Positions 8,664-17,505 of a DNA stretch of 64,000 nt are shown in pieces. Position 1 is the stretch's first letter. Each line of letters begins with the position of its first letter. The stretch comes from Spirochaetota bacterium (GTDB lineage Bacteria; Spirochaetota; UBA12135; COTS27; CBDBHE01). The stretch lies in the NCBI GenBank assembly GCA_965205605.1, contig CBDBHE010000006.1, positions 1 to 64,000 of the forward strand, given 5' to 3'. The translations under genes and the position numbers were made by a program. A model generated the notes under the pieces. It was not told the origin of the DNA, did not search any database, and saw nothing but the letters and a program-made list of their open reading frames with translations.

Positions 8664-10286
8664 ATGTTTTTTAGTTATTTCAGTAGAATTTTTATTTTTT
8701 TATCATTATTTATAGGGCTATTTTATTATTTTTTCTTTCCAAAAATAGAAGGTTTTTTTTCTTTAAAAAAAGAATGGGTTTTGATTTTAACGTTAATTCA
8801 AATTATACCGTATTTTTTTACCATAGCCGTTTATTTTGTTTTTTTAAAAAACCGTTATATTAAAACTAAAACGTTTATTAATAATATTAAACCTTTTATT
8901 GTTATTTTTCTTATTGCTTTAGGGAGTGCTCTTTGTCTTCAATTTTATTTTTCTGAAAAAATTATTTTAAGTGAGCTCAGTGAAAAGTTGCAACAACAAG
9001 AAAAAGAATTCATTAAAAATATTGCTCAGAAAAAAAATTTAGATAAAGGAATTGCTCTCTATCATCAAGATACAGTTGATTCTTTAAGAAAAGCGCTTGT
9101 TATTTTTCAGTTAGCTCATAAAAACTTTCCCTCAGAGATTCGAATAGAAAAATATTTAATCAAAACAAAGCTTGCTTTAGAAAAAAGGCATTCTTCTCTT
9201 TCGACTCAAATTTCCTTCCTAGAAAAAAAAGTGGTTGAAGCTAGGAATAAAAAAAATTATCTTCAAGCTATTGAATATTATCAAAAACTTTTAAATCTTT
9301 ACCCTATTAAAAAAGAATACTTTTTAATTCGAAAACAATATCAAGATAGTTTAGATTTTTGTTCAAAACAAAGACAAGACCCACAAAAAAATCTTACAGA
9401 AGCACAAATCAATCAACAATCTCTAAACAATCTTTTAGTCAAATTAAAAGAAAAGCTCAATAAAAAAGAAATGTTACGAGAAGCTTATTTAGAAGCTAAG
9501 AAAATTTTCATTCACTATGAAAATAATCATGAAATAAAAAGTATTTATTATCGTCTTTATGAAGAAGTTCAAACAAGAGATTTTTTTCTTTCAGAATTTT
9601 TTAATTTTCTTCAATATTCAACGCCTACTTTAGTTTATACAAATAGTTTTTTACAATTGGGTAAAGATTCTTTTTTAAAAGCAAAAAAAATTTATCTTTT
9701 AAAAAATAAAATTTATTTTAAAGGTTTTTTTTATAAATCTCCTAGTCAGGATTATAGTGCCTCTTATGCCAAATTATATCGAGATCATTTATTTTTAAAA
9801 AATCAAGATAATAAAATAGCCGAAAAAATAAAAAGCCCTTTACTTTTAGCAGAAACTTATAAACATGTGTTTTTATTTTCAAGCGATACAAGAAAAAATT
9901 TATTTGTTTTCTTAGATCCTTTGTCGTTATACCAAGTTAAAAAAACAGCCACAGAGCATTTACGTTATCATTCATATTTTTTTAATATGCTTTTCTTACA
10001 TCAATTAATATTTCCTTTCTTTTGCTTTTTTTTATTTTTTCTAATGAGTTATTATTCTGCTAGACACTCGGCTTTGCTTAAATATTCGCATCAAGGATTT
10101 TTCTTTTCTTTGTTTTTTTCTTCATTTTGGGCTTTTGTTTATTTATTTTTGATTTATTTTTTTAGTTTTATTTCTTTTTTATATCAACCTATTATTGGAT
10201 TGGTTGTTGTTTTTATTTTAATTTTCATCGGATTTTTCTTTGTTTTTATGAAAATATTTCAATTAGATATGATTCGAAAGCTGTAA
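8664..10286 (+). CDS. Hypothetical polytopic membrane protein with central helical/TPR-like domain
   Basis: 540-aa ORF; about 3 N-terminal and 3 C-terminal hydrophobic segments; TPR-like NYLQAIEYYQKLLNLYP. Confidence 0.7.
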   Translation: MFFSYFSRIFIFLSLFIGLFYYFFFPKIEGFFSLKKEWVLILTLIQIIPYFFTIAVYFVFLKNRYIKTKTFINNIKPFIVIFLIALGSALCLQFYFSEKIILSELSEKLQQQEKEFIKNIAQKKNLDKGIALYHQDTVDSLRKALVIFQLAHKNFPSEIRIEKYLIKTKLALEKRHSSLSTQISFLEKKVVEARNKKNYLQAIEYYQKLLNLYPIKKEYFLIRKQYQDSLDFCSKQRQDPQKNLTEAQINQQSLNNLLVKLKEKLNKKEMLREAYLEAKKIFIHYENNHEIKSIYYRLYEEVQTRDFFLSEFFNFLQYSTPTLVYTNSFLQLGKDSFLKAKKIYLLKNKIYFKGFFYKSPSQDYSASYAKLYRDHLFLKNQDNKIAEKIKSPLLLAETYKHVFLFSSDTRKNLFVFLDPLSLYQVKKTATEHLRYHSYFFNMLFLHQLIFPFFCFFLFFLMSYYSARHSALLKYSHQGFFFSLFFSSFWAFVYLFLIYFFSFISFLYQPIIGLVVVFILIFIGFFFVFMKIFQLDMIRKL

Positions 10287-10341
10287 TCATTTTTTTCATT
10301 CTTAACAAAAAAAAAATATATTTTTTGAGAGTATTAAATGA

Positions 10342-11144
10342 GTGAATAAAACAAAACGAATCTTCATCTTACAAAATGGCTTATTGAAGCGAAGTCTCAT
10401 GGGATCACTAAGGAAAATATTTTAAAAGAGCTTTTAATTTTAGAAAAAACATTTCTTCGAGACCTTAAAGAATTAGATGACACCATTTCTTTTTTTAAAT
10501 CTCATTATGATAAAGACCAAGCAGGGCTTTATGGTCAATTAAATTTTCCTTTAAAACAAAAAAGACAATCAGAAGTTTCTTTTGTTTTTGAAGGTCAAGT
10601 TAATATTTTTAAAAATGGTTGGTATTGATAATCGTCAATTTGAAGGGACTTATTATTTTAATTTTAGAAATAAAACAGAAGTACTTTTATTTAAGTATGA
10701 GTTTGAAATTTTACTTAATTCTATTTTAAGTGAATCTTTAGTTGCTTTTTTATATAAAATAAAGAACGTCTTGGACTTCCTTTATTTTTTTATTATTACA
10801 TACAGTGAGGATTGGTATTTTGTTTTGACGTGAGTAAAGGAATGACTGTAAAGTTTTGAGTCGATCTTATAGATCAAGTTTTGGTTCAACTTTTAAAAAA
10901 AATTGATCTTGATAAAGCTTTGATTAGAAAAGAAAAAAAGAAAGCCTTTGAAATGATTCAAAAAGCTCAAAATGTTTTTGTTGACTTAAGTTATCGAGGA
11001 TCTCTTTTAATTCAATTAAGATTTTTATACCCTATTGAATACCTTAAAAAAAACTTTTCAGTTATTAATGTAAAAGTCTCTTGTTTGTTGAAGAAGCGTC
11101 GAGCATCTTGTAAAAACGGCACAATTCTTTTTATTTTATTTTAA
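10342..11144 (+). pseudogene. Decayed HTH-WYL domain transcriptional regulator (YafY/PafC-like)
   Basis: Pieces in different frames: VNKTKRIFILQ / KWLIEAKSHGITKENILKELLILEKTFLRDLKEL (HTH) ... KERLGLPLFFYYY / SEDWYF / FDVSKGMTVKF*VDLIDQV (WYL); several frameshifts and a TGA at 10857. Confidence 0.68.
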
Positions 11145-11149
11145 AAAGT

Positions 11150-12661
11150 TTAAAGGGCTTGGGGGTTTGCCGAAGGAAATTTTGCATCGACTTCCTTGTA
11201 CCAATCTTTAAGCATAGAACGAAGTTCATTTGCTTTTTCAGGCATTTTTTTTGAAAGATCATTTTTTTCTGAAAGGTCTTCTTTTAAGTTGTAAAGCTCT
11301 ATTTGGTTGTCTTCAAAAAATTCGATTAGTTTAAAATCACCTAGCCGAATTGCAGCTCCTGGGCTCCCTCCTTGATTTCCATAATGAGGGTAATGCCAGT
11401 AAATTGCTTTTCGTTTTAAACCTGACTCACCTTTGAATAAAGGGACTAAACTAAGCCCATCTTGATGTTGTTTTTCATTGGGTTTAATGCCTGCCATTTC
11501 TAAAATTGTAGGATAAAAGTCAGTACTGGTTACTGGAACAGAACATGTACCCCCTTGTTTTGATTTCCCAGGCCATTTAATAAGCATTGGTTCTCGGATA
11601 CCTCCTTCATAAAGCCAACCTTTGCCTCCTCTTAAAGGAAGGTTAGAAGTCGGAACTTTAGAAGTTAGTTTAGGAACGTTAACAGCTACAGCTTCTGGGT
11701 TTCCATCTACGACATTGAGTCCTCCATTATCAGACATTAAAATAATGACAGTGTTGTCTTCAAGACCGGATTTTTTTAAGGCTTGTAACACTTTTCCGAC
11801 AGCTAAGTCAACCGATTCTACCATTGCCGCATACACCGCATGGTCTTGTATGATTCGAGTGATGGCTTTGCCTTCTTTTCCAAATTTAGATCTTTGATAA
11901 TTAAGAGCCGCTGCTTTTGCTTTATATTTTTCAACGCGCTCTTTTGGAGCCATTAAAGGAGTGTGAACGGAATAAAACGAGAGATATGCTAAGAAAGGTT
12001 TATTTTTATTTTTTTTGATAAAAGAAGCGGTTTCTTGAGCTAAACGATCGGTTAAATATTCCCCATCAGGGCCATTTTTCATTCTTGGGTTTTCATAAGG
12101 TGAAAAATACTTATTGCCTGTATAGGGAGCACCTGTTTTCCATCCTCCAATATTAATATCAAACCCTTGATGTTTTGGCCAATGAGTTTCGTCTTTTCCC
12201 AAATGCCATTTTCCTGCAAAAAAAGTTTTGTAGCCTTTTTCTTGTAAAGCTTCAGCAATGGTTTTTTCTTCCAATGGCATGTAAGGAATGTATTTGGCAG
12301 GCAAAAGAGGTTTGTTTTTAGTCCAATGATTTTTTATTTTTTCTCCTTGAGGTTGAGGGGCCCCAAACCAATCAGTTGTATCCATTCTAGCGGGGTATTT
12401 TCCCGTCATAATACTTGCTCTTGTTGGACTACAAACTGGACAAGCCGCATACGCATCTGTAAATCGAGTGCTTTCTTTGGCTAATTTATCGATATGGGGT
12501 GTTTCATAAAAAGTGCTTCCATAAGCGCCTAAATCAGTCCACCCTAAGTCGTCGACTAAAAAAAACACAAAATTAGTTTTTTGACTTCCTTTTGTGCAAG
12601 AATAAATAATAAAAAGACTAAGAACATAACTAATAAAAAGAATTTTTTTTAAAAATTTCAT
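11150..12661 (-). CDS. Formylglycine-dependent sulfatase (S1 family), probable lipoprotein
   Basis: VDDLGW, CSPTRASIMTGKY (CxPxR), GKWHLG, SDNGG, GKGWLYEGGIR; lipobox-like IIYSC. Confidence 0.95.
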   Translation of the reverse strand: MKFLKKILFISYVLSLFIIYSCTKGSQKTNFVFFLVDDLGWTDLGAYGSTFYETPHIDKLAKESTRFTDAYAACPVCSPTRASIMTGKYPARMDTTDWFGAPQPQGEKIKNHWTKNKPLLPAKYIPYMPLEEKTIAEALQEKGYKTFFAGKWHLGKDETHWPKHQGFDINIGGWKTGAPYTGNKYFSPYENPRMKNGPDGEYLTDRLAQETASFIKKNKNKPFLAYLSFYSVHTPLMAPKERVEKYKAKAAALNYQRSKFGKEGKAITRIIQDHAVYAAMVESVDLAVGKVLQALKKSGLEDNTVIILMSDNGGLNVVDGNPEAVAVNVPKLTSKVPTSNLPLRGGKGWLYEGGIREPMLIKWPGKSKQGGTCSVPVTSTDFYPTILEMAGIKPNEKQHQDGLSLVPLFKGESGLKRKAIYWHYPHYGNQGGSPGAAIRLGDFKLIEFFEDNQIELYNLKEDLSEKNDLSKKMPEKANELRSMLKDWYKEVDAKFPSANPQAL

Positions 12662-12789
12662 TTTGGCCCCCGTGTGTTCAAAATTTGATTCTATTATAAA
12701 ATAAAAAAGATTTTTTTCAACTAAATTTTATTTAAAGAGAGTATGATTTATTGCACATCTCAATAAGATGTTTTTATGTAAGAAAAATA

Positions 12790-13950
12790 ATGCCTTCAAA
12801 TCATGATCAATCTTTAATTATTTCTGTTTTAAAAGAAACTTATTTAGAAGAAAAAAGAGCTTGCTTAGATCCGCAGTCCATTAAAAAAATCAAACAAATT
12901 TTCAAATGGCAAATTTTAGTCGAAAACAATCTAGGTGAAGGGTGTTTTTCTTCTAATAAAGCGTATGAGAAAGTAGGCGCTAAGATAGAAAAAAAAAGAG
13001 AAACTCTTTTAAAAAAAGGAGATGTTGTTTTAACTTTAAATCGATTAAATCTTACAGAAATGGCTTTAATGAAGCAAGGGGCTATTTATATTAGTTTGCT
13101 TGATATTTTTAATTCACCTCAAAGCTTGGTGAAGCAACTCAATAAAAAAAAAATTACCGCTATTGCAATGGAGCTTATTCCTAGGTCAACGAAAGCTCAA
13201 AAGTTTGATGTGCTTAGCTCACAAGCTTCTTTAGCTGGGTATGCAGCGGTGATGCTTGCTTCAAATTATTTAAGAAAAGTGTTTCCTATGATGACAACCC
13301 CTGCAGGGACGATTAATCCTTCTAGAGTTTTTGTGATCGGAGCTGGAGTGGCTGGACTACAAGCCATTGCAACAGCAAAAAGATTAGGGGCACGTGTAGA
13401 AGCTTATGATACTAGAGAAATCGCTACTGAACAAATCGAATCTCTTGGAGCTAAAGCAGTCAAAATTAATGTAGGAAAAACAGAACAAACTTCTCAAGGA
13501 TATGCCAAAAAAATGACTCAAAATCAACTTTTGAAACAAAAACAACTTTTAACAAAATATATTTCTTTAGCAGATGTCGTCATTACTACCGCTAAAGTTT
13601 TTGGGAAAAAAGCTCCAAAAATTATTGATCGAAAAATGATTGATCAAATGAGAGCAGGTAGCGTTATCGTTGATTTGGCCATGGATACAGGAGGGAATGT
13701 AGAAGGGAGCAAAAAAGGTGAAGTCATCCAAAGTAAAAATGGTGTTTTTTTGATTGGTAAGTCTTCTATAGAAGGGATGATCTCCATTCATAGTTCTCAA
13801 GTTTATGCCGCTAACATTACTAGTTTATTAATTGATTTTTCAGATCAACAAACAGGGGAAATTAAAATCGATCTTAATGACCCTATTTTATCAGAATGTG
13901 TTGTCACTTATGGAGGAAAAACAATCAGTCCTTTTGTGACAAGGAGTTAA
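12790..13950 (+). CDS. pntA: NAD(P) transhydrogenase subunit alpha, part 1 (domain I)
   Basis: PRSTKAQKFDVLSSQASLAGY, GAGVAGLQAIATAKRLGA, DLAMDTGGNVE; ATG 12790 preferred over the upstream TTG. Confidence 0.95.
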   Translation: MPSNHDQSLIISVLKETYLEEKRACLDPQSIKKIKQIFKWQILVENNLGEGCFSSNKAYEKVGAKIEKKRETLLKKGDVVLTLNRLNLTEMALMKQGAIYISLLDIFNSPQSLVKQLNKKKITAIAMELIPRSTKAQKFDVLSSQASLAGYAAVMLASNYLRKVFPMMTTPAGTINPSRVFVIGAGVAGLQAIATAKRLGARVEAYDTREIATEQIESLGAKAVKINVGKTEQTSQGYAKKMTQNQLLKQKQLLTKYISLADVVITTAKVFGKKAPKIIDRKMIDQMRAGSVIVDLAMDTGGNVEGSKKGEVIQSKNGVFLIGKSSIEGMISIHSSQVYAANITSLLIDFSDQQTGEIKIDLNDPILSECVVTYGGKTISPFVTRS

Positions 13951-13977
13951 TCTTAACCATCGCTTAGGTTTTTTATT

Positions 13978-14286
13978 ATGGAATATCTTGTCTTATTAGT
14001 TTTTATTTTTATGCTAACTTCTTTTTTAGGGTTTGAGCTAATTTCTAAAGTCCCATCAAAATTACATACCCCTTTGATGTCAGGAAGCAATGCGATATCA
14101 GGCATTACTCTCATTAGTGCATTTACTTTAGTGGTGGGGGCTACGTTTGTTCAAGGAGAAAAATTACAAATCATTTTAGGGGTTTTAGCTGTAATTTTTG
14201 CTTGTATCAATGTCGTAGGTGGGTATTTGGTGACGGATCGAATGCTTTCAATGTTTAAGAGAAAGGAACAAAAAAATAAAAAATGA
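13978..14286 (+). CDS. pntA: NAD(P) transhydrogenase subunit alpha, part 2 (membrane)
   Basis: VPSKLHTPLMSGSNAISG, INVVGGYLVTDRMLSMF. Confidence 0.95.
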   Translation: MEYLVLLVFIFMLTSFLGFELISKVPSKLHTPLMSGSNAISGITLISAFTLVVGATFVQGEKLQIILGVLAVIFACINVVGGYLVTDRMLSMFKRKEQKNKK

Positions 14287-15677
14287 ATTTAGATTTTTTA
14301 GTAAAAATAGCTTATATTGTTGCTTCTATTTTTTTTATTGTAGGACTTAAAATGCTATCTTCTCCGGTGGTTGCTAGGAGAGGCAATTTGTTCTCTGCTT
14401 TTGGGATGCTCATCGCCATTGTAGCGACACTTATCAATGAAGAAATTTTAAATTATCAGTGGCTTCTTTTTTCTTTAATTACAGGGAGTTTAATAGGGGT
14501 TTTGGCTTCTAGACTGATTGTGATGACTCGAATGCCAGAGCTAGTTGCGTTGTTTAACGGTTTTGGAGGAGTGGCTAGTTTTTTAGTAGGTTGGGTAGAA
14601 TTTATCAAGCCTGGGGAAGTCAGCACTTTTGGTCTTTTTATTATTCCGATGGCTGTCTTTGTTGGGGGGGTTACTTTTTCAGGTTCTCTTGTTGCCTGGG
14701 GAAAATTAGGGGGAGTGTTTTCATCAAAGCCGATTGTTTTTTTAGGCCAAAGGTTTTTTAATGTTTTTTTTATTGGGACCGTTATTTTTTGTATTTTTTT
14801 AATAGGGGAGCAATCTTTTTTAATTGAAAACATTCCTTTTTCGCAAGAAAAGGTTTTATTGCTCTTAAGTATTGTTTCTTTTTTATTAGGTATTTTTGCA
14901 GTCATTTCTATTGGGGGAGCAGACATGCCCGTTGTGATTGCACTTTTAAATGCGTATTCAGGTTTAGCGGCTTGTTTAGTGGGGTTTTTAATTAATAATA
15001 TTTTACTTATTGTGGCAGGATCTCTTGTTGGGACAAGTGGTTTAATTTTGACTAATATCATGTGTAAGGCAATGAATCGTTCTATTTTCAATGTGCTTTT
15101 TAGTGCTTTTGGGTCTGCTACAAGTGGGGGGAGTAAAGGGGAAAAACAAGATGTCAAGCCAATCAATCCAGCGGATGCTTTTTTAATTTTAGAAGCAGCT
15201 CAAAATGTGGTGATTGTCCCAGGGTATGGGATGGCAACCGCTCAAGCTCAAAACGCTGTTAAGGAGTTAAGCGACTTATTAGAAGATAATCATTGTGATG
15301 TCAATTTTGCTATTCACCCTGTAGCAGGAAGAATGCCAGGGCATATGAATGTCTTACTTGCTGAGGCGAATGTGCCTTATGAAAAGCTAAAAGAAATGGA
15401 TGAAATCAACCCAACGATGCCTACAGTAGACGTGGTGCTTCTTATTGGAGCTAATGATGTCGTCAACCCTAAAGCGTATGAAGATGAACAAAGCCCTATT
15501 TATGGAATGCCTGTTATTAAGGCAGAACAAGCAAAAACGGTCTTTGTTTTAAAGCGTTCGATGGGGTCTGGATTTTCAGGAATTGAAAATCCACTGTTTT
15601 TTAAAGAAAATACAAGAATGCTTTTTGGAGATGCGAAGGCCTCCATTCAAGCATTGATTAATGAGTTTAAAAGTTAA
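14283..15677 (+). CDS. pntB: NAD(P) transhydrogenase subunit beta
   Basis: MPELVALFNGFGG, GGADMPVVIALLNAYSG, HPVAGRMPGHMNVLLAEA, GANDVVNP. Confidence 0.97.
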   Translation: MNLDFLVKIAYIVASIFFIVGLKMLSSPVVARRGNLFSAFGMLIAIVATLINEEILNYQWLLFSLITGSLIGVLASRLIVMTRMPELVALFNGFGGVASFLVGWVEFIKPGEVSTFGLFIIPMAVFVGGVTFSGSLVAWGKLGGVFSSKPIVFLGQRFFNVFFIGTVIFCIFLIGEQSFLIENIPFSQEKVLLLLSIVSFLLGIFAVISIGGADMPVVIALLNAYSGLAACLVGFLINNILLIVAGSLVGTSGLILTNIMCKAMNRSIFNVLFSAFGSATSGGSKGEKQDVKPINPADAFLILEAAQNVVIVPGYGMATAQAQNAVKELSDLLEDNHCDVNFAIHPVAGRMPGHMNVLLAEANVPYEKLKEMDEINPTMPTVDVVLLIGANDVVNPKAYEDEQSPIYGMPVIKAEQAKTVFVLKRSMGSGFSGIENPLFFKENTRMLFGDAKASIQALINEFKS

Positions 15678-15765
15678 TCTTTGGTTTTTTTTTAATATTA
15701 GTTGCAGAGACTATTTTTGAGAGGACCTCAAGTCGACCGTATTGTTGCCTAAAAAAATGGGTAAT

Positions 15766-15794
15766 TTGCTAAATTAATTGTATTCTTTTATAAT
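15766..15794 (+). promoter_or_regulatory. Putative sigma70 promoter of the radical SAM gene
   Basis: TTGCTA (15766), 17-nt spacer, TATAAT (15789-15794). Confidence 0.5.
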
Positions 15795-15843
15795 ATAAAA
15801 ATAAGAATCTATTAAAAATGGTAAACAAATTTTTTTTTAAACA

Positions 15844-17397
15844 TTGAAGATAAAAAAAATTGCTATTATTTACCCTCCTTTTAAGAAAGGAGGTGATTAC
15901 CCCCTTCTTAGTCAAAATAGACATTTGAAGTTTTCAGCTTCGTTTGAAGTCCGTATTTTCCCTGTTATTTTAGCAACGATGGCAACACAGATTAAACAAA
16001 AAGGTTATGAAGTTTTATGGCTTGATGGGATTAATGAACGCTTAGAGATGAATGAGTTTGAACAAATTCTTAAAGAATTTTCTCCTGACATGATTGTCAT
16101 GGACACCAAGGCCCCTGTTATTAAAATGCACTGGGCGTATTCAAAACACTTAAAAACAATGTTTAAAGGAGTTAAAACGGTTCTTTTGGGAGATCATGTT
16201 TCTCATCTTCCTGCAGAAAGTTTTGATTATACAAAATCAATTGATTATACGATACAGGGGGGTTATTATGATTTCATTGTCCCAGAGCTCATTGATGCTT
16301 TAAATGGGAAAGGAGAGATGCCAGGGAATGTCTATTGGAAAGGTGGTAAAACAGGTAAACAAAAGGCTTATGATCAAAAAGATGTGCCTGTCATTGACCG
16401 TAATCTAACAAAAAGTGAGATTTATCATGAAGCTTATTTACTACCTACGGCTGCTTATGTAATGAGTGGTAGAGGGTGTGGAGCTCCTGGAGGAAAGGCA
16501 GGAGTTTGTACTTTTTGTGTTTGGCAGTACACGCTTTGGAAGCTTAATCCGCAGCTTAGACCGGTTAAAAATTTTGTTGATGAAATAGAGGACTTGGTTA
16601 AAAATCATGGGGTAAGGGAAATCTTTGATGATAATGATTCGGGGTTTATTTATGATAGAAAATGGACTCAAGAGTTTTACGAAGAAATGAAACAACGAAA
16701 GCTACTTGGGAAAATTTTAATTTCAGCTAATTGTCGATCAGACACTTTAGATGAGGACTTTTGTAAGTTGCTGAAAAAATGTGGGTTTCGGCTTCTTAAA
16801 ATTGGTATCGAAGCGGGCAATGATGAAACGCTAAGAAAAATTGGTAAAATGGAATCTATGAAAGTCCTCTATGATGGAGTGTATGCTGCTAAAAAAGCAG
16901 GGCTTGTTGTTTTTCTTACCAATATGGTTGGGTATCCCTGGCAAACAGAACAAGAAGTCGCCCAACAATATCAACATGTCAAAAAGCTCATGCTTTATAA
17001 AACTCGTTTTGGTGATAGTATGCAAGCATCTGTCGTAGTGCCTTATCCTGGGACCCCTCTTTTTAGGCAAGCTCAGAAAAATGATTGGTTTGCTGTAAAG
17101 GTAGATGATTATAATGATTATGATATGGATAAACCAGTGATGAAAACTCAAATTAGGACTGATTATTGGGTACGTAAATTTTGGAGAGTGCAGTGGCACC
17201 CTTGGTTTCTTTTTAAGTCTTTCATTACGATGCGTTCTTGGCATGATTTCAAGCTTGCTTGGACAGGGGTCAAGTCTCTCATGGGTCACACTAAGGATTA
17301 TCAAGAAACAGAAGCAGAACGTAAAGAAAAGGAAGTTTTTTTTAAAACTTACAAGGAGAAAAATAAAATAAACAATCAAAAAAAAGTAATGGTTTAA
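15844..17397 (+). CDS. B12-binding domain radical SAM protein
   Basis: N-terminal cobalamin-binding-like domain; SGRGCGAPGGKAGVCTFC; FDDND; KIGIEAG; PYPGTPLF. Confidence 0.9.
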   Translation: MKIKKIAIIYPPFKKGGDYPLLSQNRHLKFSASFEVRIFPVILATMATQIKQKGYEVLWLDGINERLEMNEFEQILKEFSPDMIVMDTKAPVIKMHWAYSKHLKTMFKGVKTVLLGDHVSHLPAESFDYTKSIDYTIQGGYYDFIVPELIDALNGKGEMPGNVYWKGGKTGKQKAYDQKDVPVIDRNLTKSEIYHEAYLLPTAAYVMSGRGCGAPGGKAGVCTFCVWQYTLWKLNPQLRPVKNFVDEIEDLVKNHGVREIFDDNDSGFIYDRKWTQEFYEEMKQRKLLGKILISANCRSDTLDEDFCKLLKKCGFRLLKIGIEAGNDETLRKIGKMESMKVLYDGVYAAKKAGLVVFLTNMVGYPWQTEQEVAQQYQHVKKLMLYKTRFGDSMQASVVVPYPGTPLFRQAQKNDWFAVKVDDYNDYDMDKPVMKTQIRTDYWVRKFWRVQWHPWFLFKSFITMRSWHDFKLAWTGVKSLMGHTKDYQETEAERKEKEVFFKTYKEKNKINNQKKVMV

Positions 17398-17505
17398 AAT
17401 ATTAAATTAAATTAAATTAAAGTTGCAATAGAGTGTAATAAATGATATTGTATAATTTACACACCTTAAATCAATATTAGAGCATTATAATAGGAGAAAA
17501 AAAAT

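Noticed and set aside
10582-11144. Two short ORFs (83 and 87 aa) as independent genes
   Set aside because: Better explained as fragments of the WYL pseudogene
14456-15166. 236-aa antisense ORF
   Set aside because: Shadow of pntB on the opposite strand; no recognisable motifs
15678-15765. Slightly GC-richer patch after pntB as an ncRNA or gene remnant
   Set aside because: No stable structure or recognisable translation
16831-17379. 182-aa antisense ORF, and similar ones such as 51171-51647, 24927-25280 and 55919-56275
   Set aside because: Lie over well-supported genes; composition typical of antisense frames
15844-17397. Radical SAM protein as the anaerobic sulfatase maturase for the nearby sulfatase
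   Set aside because: It has an N-terminal B12-type domain and no Cys-rich SPASM domain
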